Positions 38,852 through 48,724 of a stretch of 64,000 nucleotides of DNA are shown one piece after another. Made by a program: the position numbers and the translations under genes. Source of the stretch: Candidatus Poribacteria bacterium (lineage in GTDB: Bacteria > Poribacteria > WGA-4E > JAJDTR01); NCBI GenBank assembly GCA_965222225.1, contig CBDCTK010000002.1, positions 352,001 through 416,000 of the forward strand, given 5' to 3'. The number at the start of each line of letters is the position of its first letter. The stretch's first letter is position 1. Under the pieces are notes generated by a model that worked only from the letters and a program-made list of their open reading frames with translations, made no database searches and was not told the origin of the DNA.

Positions 38852-39748
38852 ATGACGCAGAGTGTGATTACCAAAACAGATCTGGCCAATCTACCGCTAT
38901 TCAACATAGGTAAGGTGCGTGATCTCTACGATCTTGATGATAAACTCTTGATGATTTCAACAGATCGGATTTCGGCATTCGATTACGTCCTCCCGGACGG
39001 CATCCCGTGTAAGGGCGACGTTTTGACCGCATTGTCAGAGTTCTGGTTCAATCACACAAAGTCAATCGTGGACAATCACCTAATTACTACGGATGTCGCA
39101 GCGTATCCTGACGAATTGAAACCACATGCCGAAGTGATCAGAGGAAGGTCAATGCTGGTGCACAAAGCCGATCGAATCGACATCGAATGTGTGGTGCGCG
39201 GTTACATCGCTGGGTCGGCATGGTTGGAATACAAGGCAGATGGAACGGTTTGTGGCGAGAAATTACCTGAAGGCTTGCGTGAATCCGATCGTTTGCCTCA
39301 GCTTATCTTTACGCCTGCCACGAAGGCAGAGCAGGGGGAGCATGACGAGAATATCTCGATTGCGCGGATGGAGGAAATAATTGGAAAAGATTTATCGGAG
39401 CGAATCATTGAGGCAAGTTTCGCACTTTTTAAATCCGCAAGTCAACACGCGGAAAAGGTTGGGATAATCCTTTGCGATACGAAGTTTGAGTTTGGACTGC
39501 TTGATGACAATTTGATTCTCATTGACGAGGTGTTTACACCTGACTCTTCCCGATTCTGGCCGAAGGACGAATATGAGCCGGGCAAATCTCAAAGTAGCTT
39601 TGACAAACAGTACGTGCGAGATTATTTATCTGAAGTCGGCTGGAACAAAGAACCGCCCGCGCCTCATTTGCCCAAGGACGTAATCCACAGAACAAGCGAG
39701 AAGTATCTGGAAGCATACCGATTGATTGTTGGGCGAGAATTGACTTAG
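38852..39748 (+). CDS. purC: SAICAR synthetase
   Basis: GKVRDLY, TDRISAFD, ECVVRGYIAGS, DTKFEFG, TPDSSRFW, FDKQYVRD. Confidence 0.97.
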   Translation: MTQSVITKTDLANLPLFNIGKVRDLYDLDDKLLMISTDRISAFDYVLPDGIPCKGDVLTALSEFWFNHTKSIVDNHLITTDVAAYPDELKPHAEVIRGRSMLVHKADRIDIECVVRGYIAGSAWLEYKADGTVCGEKLPEGLRESDRLPQLIFTPATKAEQGEHDENISIARMEEIIGKDLSERIIEASFALFKSASQHAEKVGIILCDTKFEFGLLDDNLILIDEVFTPDSSRFWPKDEYEPGKSQSSFDKQYVRDYLSEVGWNKEPPAPHLPKDVIHRTSEKYLEAYRLIVGRELT

Positions 39749-39816
39749 GTGGAGAAGAAGAAAGTAGAACGGCAGGGCTGTGAGAAATCTAAACTGTGTG
39801 ATTGACGAATCCAGAC

Positions 39817-40281
39817 TTACTCTACAAGAAACAGATGGCTACGTTCAAACAAGTCGTCTACGGAAATGTCAACAATCCATTCACCTTTCGGGAATCCGTT
39901 AGAAGGGCGTTCTATATAGAACCACGTAATCTGTTCGCCGGTCGCAGAGGAGAACGTCTCACGTTCTTCTCGGAACGGGGGATCGTCCAAGGTTCCGTCT
40001 GGAGAGAACCAACGAACATCAACTGAATGACGTCCTTCGACATTGGTCCAATAAATCCATAAGAAAATCCTATCACTCGTGTCGGAAAAGAAGACATCCG
40101 TGATGCCATCAGGACGGTCGTCACTTACCGAAATTGCCAAAGCTGAGTCTAAAATTGCAGGCTCACCTCTGAAAACACCGCTAGATCCGCTCCCACCGGA
40201 ACCTGTTTCATCACACCCACTGAAAAGCATGACGCCCCACAGCAGGGCTAAACCGATCGTCCAAACAACAGCCTTATTCAT
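39817..40281 (-). CDS. Lipoprotein with a single Ig-like beta-sandwich domain
   Basis: RBS GAGGAG, lipobox FSGC, Gly/Ser linker, W.SPDG...GEW.VDI pattern. Confidence 0.65.
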   Translation of the reverse strand: MNKAVVWTIGLALLWGVMLFSGCDETGSGGSGSSGVFRGEPAILDSALAISVSDDRPDGITDVFFSDTSDRIFLWIYWTNVEGRHSVDVRWFSPDGTLDDPPFREERETFSSATGEQITWFYIERPSNGFPKGEWIVDISVDDLFERSHLFLVE

Positions 40282-40319
40282 TGTGTTTCTCCTCAAATGT
40301 CTAGCGTAGTACGATACTA

Positions 40320-40348
40320 ATCATACCTAACCCGATAGCGTCTGTCAA
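40320..40348 (-). promoter_or_regulatory. Putative sigma70 promoter
   Basis: TTGACA-17 bp-TATGAT on the minus strand, upstream of 40281. Confidence 0.55.
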
Positions 40349-40391
40349 CCGAAAAAACAGTAACAAACTACGTCTAGATTGTTGCAGAACG

Positions 40392-40901
40392 ATGGAATGG
40401 GAGCAAAGGTTCTTTTTCCCCGCCAATTGGTTATGGTGTCAACACAAGAAAGGAACACTGAATTTGGGTGCTGCCGCGACTCTGCATAGATGTGCAGGCG
40501 GAATTGTCATACGTCGGAGTAGTGATTTCGTTGAATTTCTACTGCTAAAACAGATAAGAAAAACCGGCGAAGTCCAATGGGTCATGCCTAAAGGACATAT
40601 TCAAAAAGGCGAAACTTCCGAGAGAACAGCGATCCGCGAGGCGAGGGAAGAAGCGGGGCTTGAAGAACTTCGGCTTATTGCTTGCCTTGGTAAACAGGAG
40701 TTTCGGTACCGTGAGGAGCACGAAATTCAACACAAGAAAGTGGTGAGTTGGTATCTGATGGAAACACCCTATGAATCCCATCTTTCTATCAAGGCTGAAG
40801 AAGGATTTATCAAAGCGATGTGGCTTCCGTATGAGGAGACACGGAAACAATGTTCACACAAGGACTTTCGAGAGTGGGTAGATAAGGCGGCAAAGCCCTA
40901 G
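40392..40901 (+). CDS. NUDIX hydrolase (Ap4A-hydrolase-like); true start may be downstream
   Basis: WVMPKGHIQKGETSERTAIREAREEAGL Nudix box. Confidence 0.85.
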   Translation: MEWEQRFFFPANWLWCQHKKGTLNLGAAATLHRCAGGIVIRRSSDFVEFLLLKQIRKTGEVQWVMPKGHIQKGETSERTAIREAREEAGLEELRLIACLGKQEFRYREEHEIQHKKVVSWYLMETPYESHLSIKAEEGFIKAMWLPYEETRKQCSHKDFREWVDKAAKP

Positions 40902-41037
40902 GTTTACGGAAAAACCAAACAGGAATCTGAAATAATGGTCGACAGTAAATACCTGCAATCTCAAGGTCTCTGAATTCTGGCTTACCGTGGCTAGAGGCTG
41001 CCAAGGGCGTTACAAGACATGTGAAAAGTACAGTGAT

Positions 41038-42546
41038 ATGAAACAGTATGATTTAACAATTATCGGTGGCGGGAGTGCCGGGCTTGTATTGGCTGTTGCT
41101 AGCGCCAAATTAGGCAAAACGACCGCTCTCGTTGAGAAACATCGCCTAGGTGGGGATTGCCTATGGACCGGCTGTGTGCCATCGAAAGCAATCCTCAAAG
41201 CGGCAAAGGTTGCGAATTATGTGAAAGAAGCAGGAAGATACGGAATCCGAGTGAACGACGCCCAAGTAGATTTTGAACGGGTAATGGCGCATGTCACCTC
41301 CGCACAGGACACTATCGAAAAAAAGCATGACAATCCAGAACGCTTCCGAGAGATGGGCGTGGATGTCATCTTCGGCCATGGACATTTCGATTCCCTACGC
41401 ACGTTTATAGTAGAAGATCAAGAAGAAGCGCAAATGAGGACGCTCAAGAGCAAGAAATTTGTGATTGCGACAGGCTCGCGCCCCGCAATTCCAGCGATTC
41501 CCGGACTTGAATCTAGCGGTTATCTTCACAGCGAAAATGTGTGGCATTTGAAGGAACTCCCCTCAAGACTTTTGGTGGTAGGCGCGGGTCCCATTGGAAT
41601 CGAGTTGGGACAGGCATTTCATCGCCTCGGTACAGAAGTTATCATTGCCCAACGAAGCAATCGAATCTTGCCTAAAGAGGAACCTGAAGTTTCTAATAGA
41701 ATGTTGAACTACCTCAGAGAGGAAGGCATCACGATTCTTCCGGACACACGTCTGCTCAATGTCAACAATCACGAGCGAAGCCTAATAAGTGACGGCGGTC
41801 ATAATGGACCGCGCTTGGGACACTACTCTGCCAACCTTGATATCGCCGGTGAAGAATGCAGCTTGGATGTAGATCAGATTCTGATGGCGGTCGGTCGACG
41901 ACCAAATATTGAGGGATTAGGACTTAATGAGATAGGCGTCGAGGCTGAGCCCAGTGGGATATGCGTTAATAAAAGACTACAAACTACGGTAAGCAACATC
42001 TATGCTGCTGGTGATGTGATTGGACATTACCTTTTTACGCATGTTGCGGCGTTTCAAGCAGCACAGATTGTCCGCAATATGTTCTTCCCCGGCTCTAACG
42101 CAATAGACTATTCTGTTGTACCTTGGACGACTTTCTGTGATCCGGAAGTCGCTCGGTGCGGAATGACCGAAGCGGAAGCCCGAGACAAACATGGGGAGGT
42201 TGACGTTTTCATCGTTGATTTACGGGATGTTGATCGTGCTGTCGCGGAGGGCGAAACCAAGGGTTTTGTAAAGGTAATTGCCACGAAGTGGACCGGCAAG
42301 ATTCTTGGCGCCCATCTCGTTTGCCCGGCGGCGGGAGAGGTCATCCACGAGTTCGTTCTCGCCATGAAGCAAGGAATCCCGCTGCGTAAGTTAAGCGGCG
42401 TGATCCATGTCTATCCGACGTTCTCAAACATTGTTTGGCGCGTAGCCGGAAAGTGGTTGACGGAGGGCAAACTAATTCAAACGCTGCGGGGTGTCCTAAG
42501 TAAAACGGAAGGAGATAAGGATAAAGAAAGACGTGAGTTGCGATAA
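41038..42546 (+). CDS. Class I pyridine nucleotide-disulfide oxidoreductase (MerA/Lpd-like)
   Basis: IGGGSAG, GGDCLWTGCVPSK redox disulfide, VGAGPIGIE, YAAGDV, HVYPT; no C-terminal Cys-Cys. Confidence 0.9.
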   Translation: MKQYDLTIIGGGSAGLVLAVASAKLGKTTALVEKHRLGGDCLWTGCVPSKAILKAAKVANYVKEAGRYGIRVNDAQVDFERVMAHVTSAQDTIEKKHDNPERFREMGVDVIFGHGHFDSLRTFIVEDQEEAQMRTLKSKKFVIATGSRPAIPAIPGLESSGYLHSENVWHLKELPSRLLVVGAGPIGIELGQAFHRLGTEVIIAQRSNRILPKEEPEVSNRMLNYLREEGITILPDTRLLNVNNHERSLISDGGHNGPRLGHYSANLDIAGEECSLDVDQILMAVGRRPNIEGLGLNEIGVEAEPSGICVNKRLQTTVSNIYAAGDVIGHYLFTHVAAFQAAQIVRNMFFPGSNAIDYSVVPWTTFCDPEVARCGMTEAEARDKHGEVDVFIVDLRDVDRAVAEGETKGFVKVIATKWTGKILGAHLVCPAAGEVIHEFVLAMKQGIPLRKLSGVIHVYPTFSNIVWRVAGKWLTEGKLIQTLRGVLSKTEGDKDKERRELR

Positions 42547-42838
42547 GCGTAACACTCCTTGTTGATTTCAACATCTCTTTCACGGAATAATCTCGACGTT
42601 GTGAAACACTCCTAGCATTTTTTTATTGACGAGACATTGATTGTGTGTTACGCTAAGAGCAAAGTGGTAATTGACTTTGAAAGTCCTGTTCAGCAAAGGT
42701 ACAATCTTGGTTACTTGCTGGCTATATTAAACTTTTTGTGGTATGGACTAGCGATTTGTGCTAAAATAAGGGTATAAACAAATAGAGCGTCAGGACGTTT
42801 ATCAAGATATATTTTAACCTTATCTTTAGGAGGGAACC

Positions 42839-43711
42839 ATGAGAAACATGACTGTGGTGGTAGTTGTTAGCGTTTTTGTTTTTGGTGCTATTCTAAGCGG
42901 ATGCGGCAAACTCAGTACCGACGAGTTCGAGGGCTGGAAAAGCGATTACGTCGCGACAAATGACCAAGCGTTCGCTGACCTTGATGGTAGAGCTTCCAAG
43001 TTGGAGGGTGGACTTGAACAGCAGAAGGCGGACCTAGGCAAAGCAATTGAGGATGCGCGGGATGATGCTATAGCTGCATCTCAACTCGGAGACGCGGACA
43101 CCATCAAGAGATCGGAAGAGTTTGCGAAGGGTGGGGATGCCAAGCTTCGAGATGAACTGATGCAAGCTGTAAATGCTGCTGGCGAAAGCGCGCAGAGTTT
43201 TGCCAAGTCTGAGGACGATAAACTGCGTCAAAGCATCAGCGGTGTTGAGGAACAAGCAAGTTCAACCGCGCAAAGTGTGTCAAATCTTAAAAGTGACCTG
43301 ATGGCGGCAAAGAAAGAATTGGAAGAAGCGATGGCTGCTAAGGCAATGAGCGCGGCTATAGTCCAATTTGCCAGCGGAAAAACCAGCTTGAGTAATGAGG
43401 CTAAGGGCGAGCTTAACAAAGCGGCGGCAGCAATCAGACAACACCCGTATGCCGTGGTTGTCGTTTCCGGCCATGCGGACGGTACTCCAGTGTTGAGCGG
43501 AAAACATCGTAGTAACTGGGATCTTTCTCAGGCACGTGCCAATGCCGTGGCCACATACCTCAAGGAAAATGGCGTAACGAACGACATTAAAACTCTTGCC
43601 CGCGGGCATACCATGCCGGTTGCTAATGTGAATACGAGAGACGGGCGCGCCGCAAACCGACGTGCTGACGTAGTTGTCTATCCTCCCGGCACTATGCCTG
43701 CCGGAATGTAG
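42839..43711 (+). CDS. Lipoprotein with coiled-coil region and C-terminal OmpA/MotB-like peptidoglycan-binding domain
   Basis: Lipobox LSGC; helical Ala/Glu/Lys-rich stalk; FASGK, GHAD, NWDLSQARA, NRRAD. Confidence 0.9.
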   Translation: MRNMTVVVVVSVFVFGAILSGCGKLSTDEFEGWKSDYVATNDQAFADLDGRASKLEGGLEQQKADLGKAIEDARDDAIAASQLGDADTIKRSEEFAKGGDAKLRDELMQAVNAAGESAQSFAKSEDDKLRQSISGVEEQASSTAQSVSNLKSDLMAAKKELEEAMAAKAMSAAIVQFASGKTSLSNEAKGELNKAAAAIRQHPYAVVVVSGHADGTPVLSGKHRSNWDLSQARANAVATYLKENGVTNDIKTLARGHTMPVANVNTRDGRAANRRADVVVYPPGTMPAGM

Positions 43712-43733
43712 AACTTGATTCACTGCTATGTGA

Positions 43734-43775
43734 GGTAAATTGGGAAGCGTTGTTCTTCCTAATTTCCCTTTTTTT
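43734..43775 (+). terminator. Rho-independent terminator
   Basis: AAATTGGGAAG/CTTCCTAATTT stem followed by a T run. Confidence 0.7.
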
Positions 43776-44114
43776 GTCAACTTGTTGGGACTTCTGAATG
43801 AAGCTTTAAAGGCATGAGACTGAGTAATTGGGAAGTTTATCTGATTTCCAACAGCACCACACCATCGCTAAAACATCGACTTTCGAACATACCAATTGTT
43901 CCATTGTGACTGTCTCATTTTAGCTTCAACTTAATTCATATGTTGTAGATTTGATACTGTGGCGGGACGATCGTGCCAATATTCGGTGGATAGTCATAGA
44001 TAGGAACTTTTCATCTCGTTCGGGGTATTATCTACAGGAAAGAATAGGTTTCGCGTCGTGTTGGATTCGATGTGAATCCCAGGAGATGTCAAGGATTTTG
44101 AAGTGACAATGCTT

Positions 44115-44129
44115 TGGCACGTAAATTGC
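44115..44129 (+). promoter_or_regulatory. Sigma54 (-24/-12) promoter
   Basis: TGGCAC-GTAAA-TTGC with canonical spacing, about 60 bp upstream of ATG 44189. Confidence 0.7.
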
Positions 44130-44188
44130 CCGAATCTGTACCGTAAAGTCGTCGGTCACGAAATCACTCAAACTGCAAGGAGGGCAAA

Positions 44189-44887
44189 ATGAAAAGGTTA
44201 AAATCTCATTTCGGCATTTCTCTGACGATTTGCCTGATCGCCGGGTTAACCGCTATTAGCAACGCGCAAATTGAAAGTCTGAAGTTTGAATTATTCGGTG
44301 TTGTCAGTAGTGATGATGAACGACAGATTAGGCGGCGGTTGGAACTGTGGGCAGAACCCGACGAAGTGACCTTCCATACACCTGTTGATAAAAACGGACG
44401 GAAGCGACTGTTTAGCACCCTTATTAAGATTAAACCGAGAACCGACGACAAATACTCTGAATCACATACGCTTGACACCTACCAAATCCTTCAGCAGTTG
44501 AAAGATCAACGCTTTCGAGGGCGCCCGGCGGCCAGCCAACCGTGGATTGTCAAGTCTGAAGTTAAAATAAATGGGGAAGTCTTCGCACATCCCGGTTGGG
44601 CACGTAGCTACATCCGTAATGTTCCGTTTTGGAGGCATTGGAGAGCCCAAACATCGGTAATCAATCATGCAATGATAGCAGGAACGTGGGACCAGAAGGT
44701 TGTTTTTAGCGACAATGAGAAATTTGACCAGCTTCGGCAAGACGCTGCCAAGACCGATCGAGAAGTCAAAGTGAAGGGTGTAATCGCCGGCTTTGATGGT
44801 CCGTATCCAGTTGTGTCAGTACGTAGCTATCGCTTTGAGCAAAAGGCTAAAACGAATAAAACGAAAAAGAATAAACCGACAAAATAG
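44189..44887 (+). CDS. Secreted basic hypothetical protein
   Basis: RBS AAGGAGG, signal peptide ending SNA-Q, Lys-rich tail; family not recognised. Confidence 0.7.
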   Translation: MKRLKSHFGISLTICLIAGLTAISNAQIESLKFELFGVVSSDDERQIRRRLELWAEPDEVTFHTPVDKNGRKRLFSTLIKIKPRTDDKYSESHTLDTYQILQQLKDQRFRGRPAASQPWIVKSEVKINGEVFAHPGWARSYIRNVPFWRHWRAQTSVINHAMIAGTWDQKVVFSDNEKFDQLRQDAAKTDREVKVKGVIAGFDGPYPVVSVRSYRFEQKAKTNKTKKNKPTK

Positions 44888-45170
44888 TCTGCTGGAGAGG
44901 ATCCATCTAACGATCAATCGGCGCAGCCCCCTAGCAAGAAGCGGAACCAGTAGGTATTCTCCTTTTTCTTTGCCTGGACTACACGTACCGAATGACTAGG
45001 AACCTGAGGGTCGCTGACTCATAGAATCAACCCGGACAAGAATGGTGATTTTAATCAAACTTGTGTTGTCCTTGTAGTTATCTGCGGCATGATTGTATCA
45101 GATGTTTATTCATACGTGCCTGATAACGAATAGGTCAAATCTATCAAGTTGCTCAATAGTAGTCCAACGC

Positions 45171-45208
45171 AAAACGAGCCCCAAGAAACTTATTGGGGCT
45201 CGTTTTTT
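45171..45208. terminator. Bidirectional rho-independent terminator
   Basis: AAAACGAGCCCCAA...TTGGGGCTCGTTTT perfect stem between convergent genes. Confidence 0.85.
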
Positions 45209-45230
45209 GATTTGGATGTCGATACCTGAT

Positions 45231-45701
45231 TTAGTTTAGGTGATCTAGTTCGTCTAGGACCTCCGCTACAGCCAGCGTGTTATCCGGCGGCGCATCTTCG
45301 ACGTGCGAAAAAGCCACCTTGCCATCTCTATCTATGACTATCACACCGCGGTTTGTGATTCCTACCTCCTCAAGCGCCATCCCGAATTTCTTCGATACTT
45401 CAAGATTCATGTCCGCTAATAGCGGAAAATCCACGCCGCCGAGGTGTTCACACCAAGCTTTGTGAGCGAATGCCGAATCACGGTTGATGGCAATAATCTC
45501 AGCGTTTTTTGCTCGAATTTCGTCAACCTTCTCGTTGAAATCGGGAATCTGAACTGAGCACACCGGGGAGAAATCCAGTGGATAGAAAACGACGACCAGA
45601 TTCTTGCCTTCAAAGTCCTTCAAAGACACCTCGGTATCTTCTTGACCAAGGGATCCGGCGAGTGTAAAATCCGGAGCATCACTTCCGACTTCCAATGCCA
45701 T
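45231..45701 (-). CDS. Peroxiredoxin (AhpC/TSA, AhpE-like)
   Basis: APDFTL, FYPLDFSPVC (PxxxS/TxxC), DSAFAHKAW, RGVIVID. Confidence 0.9.
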   Translation of the reverse strand: MALEVGSDAPDFTLAGSLGQEDTEVSLKDFEGKNLVVVFYPLDFSPVCSVQIPDFNEKVDEIRAKNAEIIAINRDSAFAHKAWCEHLGGVDFPLLADMNLEVSKKFGMALEEVGITNRGVIVIDRDGKVAFSHVEDAPPDNTLAVAEVLDELDHLN

Positions 45702-45780
45702 TTATTACAACCTCCTAATATTGTGGTGCAGGGATTGTGGGTATTTATTACGCCTTAAAGTCATTCCTGCTTCAGGTCAA

Positions 45781-45809
45781 ATTCTATCATAAGGTAAAAC
45801 GAGTGTCAA
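45781..45809 (-). promoter_or_regulatory. Putative sigma70 promoter of the peroxiredoxin gene
   Basis: TTGACA-17 bp-TAGAAT on the minus strand. Confidence 0.6.
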
Positions 45810-45865
45810 CGAAATCTCAAATTTCCTGTTTCCCAAATCTTTCGGTTGAGACTTAAATAATCTAG

Positions 45866-45899
45866 GTAGCCACTTAACAAGAGTAGCCACTTAACAAGA
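45866..45899. repeat. Perfect 17-bp tandem duplication
   Basis: GTAGCCACTTAACAAGA x2. Confidence 0.85.
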
Positions 45900-46351
45900 A
45901 ATTGAGGGATTTTCAGAATTTTTGCATATTGTATTGCGTTCTATTTATTAACCTCACTCGGCTTGGACAAATATATCCGTACACATGCAATGATTGAGTT
46001 TGCTCGCATCTCTCGGTTTGCAGACGTTCCTATAAAATAACTCCGTTGCCGCAGGTGTGCTTGGCTCAATAGCTGAAACGCACTCTTGACACCATGTAGC
46101 TTCTATGTTAGAATTTCGGAGTATGTAGAAACTGTTTTTTAGTTGCAACTCGGTTCTGATTTTTGCTAAAAACTTCATCGCGATTTCCGTCGTGAGGTAG
46201 TAAAAGCACATAATAATGAGTAACTGATCCAACTACGGCTAGTCGCCAAAAGCGATGTAACGAACATCAGCTTGTGCATCGGTCATTGAGTTGGAGGATC
46301 CTTGGTTTTGTGGTACGTGTGTATCATACCATCGCAGCTTAGGAGATTGTA

Positions 46352-47974
46352 ATGCGAGCAAACGATGCAGTTGCGAAAATATTGAAGCTTGAAGGAGTCG
46401 AATATCTGTTCTGTTTTCCTGCAAATGATCTCATTGAGGCTTGCGCAAGGGTTGACATCCGACCGATTATGGCGCGGACGGAGCGCACGTTAATCAATAT
46501 GGCTCATGGCTATAGCCTTGTTTCCAACGGCAAGCGCCTTGGAGTTGGTTGTGTGCAAGGCGGGCCGGGAAGCGAAAATGCTTTCGCAGGCGTCGCGCAT
46601 GCTTTTGCGGATTCTGCACCCGTTCTCATGCTACCGGGCGGAATTTCCCAATCGGAACGGAGCATTCCTACGGGGTTTGAGGCAGTCAGGCACTACGGTG
46701 GAATTACAAAGTGGGTGGCGGAAGTCAACATGGCGAAACGCATCCCGAGTATGATGCATCGGGCATTCCACCTGCTTCGATCCGGACAGCCGGGCCCCGT
46801 GATGCTTGAGTTTCCGGGTGATGTCGTAGGCGACGAGGTAGACGATGATTTCGAGTATAAGTCGCCAAAATCGGCTAAACCTGCGGCGAATCCGGACGAT
46901 ATTACGGCAGCAGTCAAAGCGCTGCTCGCAGCCGAGAATCCCTTGCTTCACGTTGGACAGGGAGTGCTTTATGCGGAAGCAACAGATGAACTCATTGAGT
47001 TCGCCGAACTGCTTCAGCTTCCTGTCATGACTACGATGCCTGGCAAGAGCGCATTTCCGGAGAATCATCCGCTATCGATCGGTTCGAGTGGCTACAAAGG
47101 TGTGAAAAGGGTCGCGCCATTCCTTAACAGAGCCGATCTCGTCTTCGGGCTTGGATCCGGATTCTCTACACAGGTGATGTCCACAAACATTCCACCTGGA
47201 AAAGTCCTTATTCAGAACTCTATCAGCGAAATCGACATTAGCAAGGAATACTTTATCGACTACCCAATCCTCGGAGATGCGAAGCTAGTGTTACGTCAAC
47301 TTATTGACGAAGTCAAAAAGCAAGGCGGGGGGGGAAAAGGTAACCCCGAGCTCGTCCAAGAAATCAAAACTGTCAAGGACGAATGGCTGGCGAAGTGGAT
47401 GCCGAAGCTTACATCGGGCGAAATGCCGATCAATCCCTATCGGGTGATTTGGGATTTGATGAACACGGTCGATCGCACAAAGACGATGGTTACGCACGAC
47501 TCGGGGAATCCGCGCGATCAGATGATGCCGTTTTACCAATCAATTATTCCACACGGATACATTGGTTGGGGGAAATCGACCCAATTGGGCTTTGGCTTAG
47601 GCTTAATCATGGGGGCGAAACTTGCCGCACCGCAAAACCTGGCTGTCAACATAATGGGCGATGCAGCGTTTGGTATGGCGGGCATGGACTTTGAGACAGC
47701 TGCACGGGAACGCATCCCAATTCTGACAATTATTCTCAACAACTCCGCGCTCGGCAACTATAAATACGGTATGCCAGTTTCTACAGAACGATACGGTACG
47801 CCATTCCTTTCCGGTGATTACGCGAAGGTCGCTGAAGGTTTGGGAGGCTATAGCGAGCGGGTCGAAGACCCGGCCGAGATTATCCCGGCAATCAATCGGG
47901 CACAGAAAGAGATGGAAGCCGAAAAGCCCGCACTGCTTGAGATAATCACGCGGGAGGAAGGGGAATTCTCCTAA
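46352..47974 (+). CDS. Thiamine pyrophosphate-dependent enzyme (acetolactate synthase-like)
   Basis: QGGPGSEN, PGPVMLEFP, and the TPP-binding motif GDAAFGM...ILNN. Confidence 0.9.
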   Translation: MRANDAVAKILKLEGVEYLFCFPANDLIEACARVDIRPIMARTERTLINMAHGYSLVSNGKRLGVGCVQGGPGSENAFAGVAHAFADSAPVLMLPGGISQSERSIPTGFEAVRHYGGITKWVAEVNMAKRIPSMMHRAFHLLRSGQPGPVMLEFPGDVVGDEVDDDFEYKSPKSAKPAANPDDITAAVKALLAAENPLLHVGQGVLYAEATDELIEFAELLQLPVMTTMPGKSAFPENHPLSIGSSGYKGVKRVAPFLNRADLVFGLGSGFSTQVMSTNIPPGKVLIQNSISEIDISKEYFIDYPILGDAKLVLRQLIDEVKKQGGGGKGNPELVQEIKTVKDEWLAKWMPKLTSGEMPINPYRVIWDLMNTVDRTKTMVTHDSGNPRDQMMPFYQSIIPHGYIGWGKSTQLGFGLGLIMGAKLAAPQNLAVNIMGDAAFGMAGMDFETAARERIPILTIILNNSALGNYKYGMPVSTERYGTPFLSGDYAKVAEGLGGYSERVEDPAEIIPAINRAQKEMEAEKPALLEIITREEGEFS

Positions 47975-48209
47975 GAACCGGTCCACAGTACATCATGAGG
48001 CAACTCTCTGGTAATGATAGCGATGTCATGACAGTGGCAGCCATCATTACCAACCTGTCCTGTCCCTGCATCAAACTTTGTCAATCACCCTATCGCGGCT
48101 ATCAGCCACCCCACTCAAAGTAGACAGATAAATCGATTCGACCGGTTTGCACTGGAATCCTACCCAAGATCCTGATTGTTAGGATGAGGAAGAGAAAGGA
48201 AGATCAAGA

Positions 48210-48704
48210 GTGAGAAGGCTGACGATGCTCTTTCTTGTTGGAGCAAGTTTTTTCCACAGCGGCTGCGCCGAGCGCGCTTCTATAAAACCGCCTGACGCGG
48301 CAGTAGCACATTTCAACTGGGGGGTCGACTACGCTAGTCGAGGCGATCTGGATCAGGCAATTACTGAATTCAAAATCGCCATCAAACGAGACGTGAGGTG
48401 GGCGAAACCTTACTACAATCTGGGCGTAGCGTACAGCCGGCAAGGGAAATGGAATCATGCGATTGTTACCTGGAAAAAGACTGTCTACATTGACCCCAAA
48501 TATGCCAATGCACATTACAACCTTGCACGTGCCTACGCACGCGGAAATCAGCGCGACCTATCAATAACACACCTGTCAATAACACACCTGCGTGAGGCGG
48601 TCTCTCTGGATGAAAAGCTTTCTGAAGCGATGCAAACCGACGAAAATTTTAATCAAATTCGTCAAAGCCAAGAATTCAAGGAGTTCCTCCGTTCGATTCA
48701 CTAG
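48210..48704 (+). CDS. TPR-repeat lipoprotein
   Basis: HSGC lipobox; three TPRs (AHFNWG, PYYNLG, AHYNLA); 15-bp in-frame duplication at 48561-48590. Confidence 0.85.
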   Translation: MRRLTMLFLVGASFFHSGCAERASIKPPDAAVAHFNWGVDYASRGDLDQAITEFKIAIKRDVRWAKPYYNLGVAYSRQGKWNHAIVTWKKTVYIDPKYANAHYNLARAYARGNQRDLSITHLSITHLREAVSLDEKLSEAMQTDENFNQIRQSQEFKEFLRSIH

Positions 48705-48724
48705 ATCGGGTTTTTTAGCGCCTA

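Noticed and set aside
41038-42546. Mercuric reductase merA
   Set aside because: Lacks the C-terminal Cys-Cys and NmerA domain; no mer operon nearby.
45231-45701. Possible selenoprotein peroxiredoxin
   Set aside because: The active site is encoded as Cys in an uninterrupted ORF; no in-frame TGA.
45954-46232. 92-aa ORF with faint resemblance to a sigma region-4 HTH
   Set aside because: Similarity too weak to support by eye; AT-rich spacer.
48085-48120. GATAGCCGCGATAG on the minus strand resembling the 35-bp element
   Set aside because: Lacks the ATCAA start, the spacing and the hairpin pairs.
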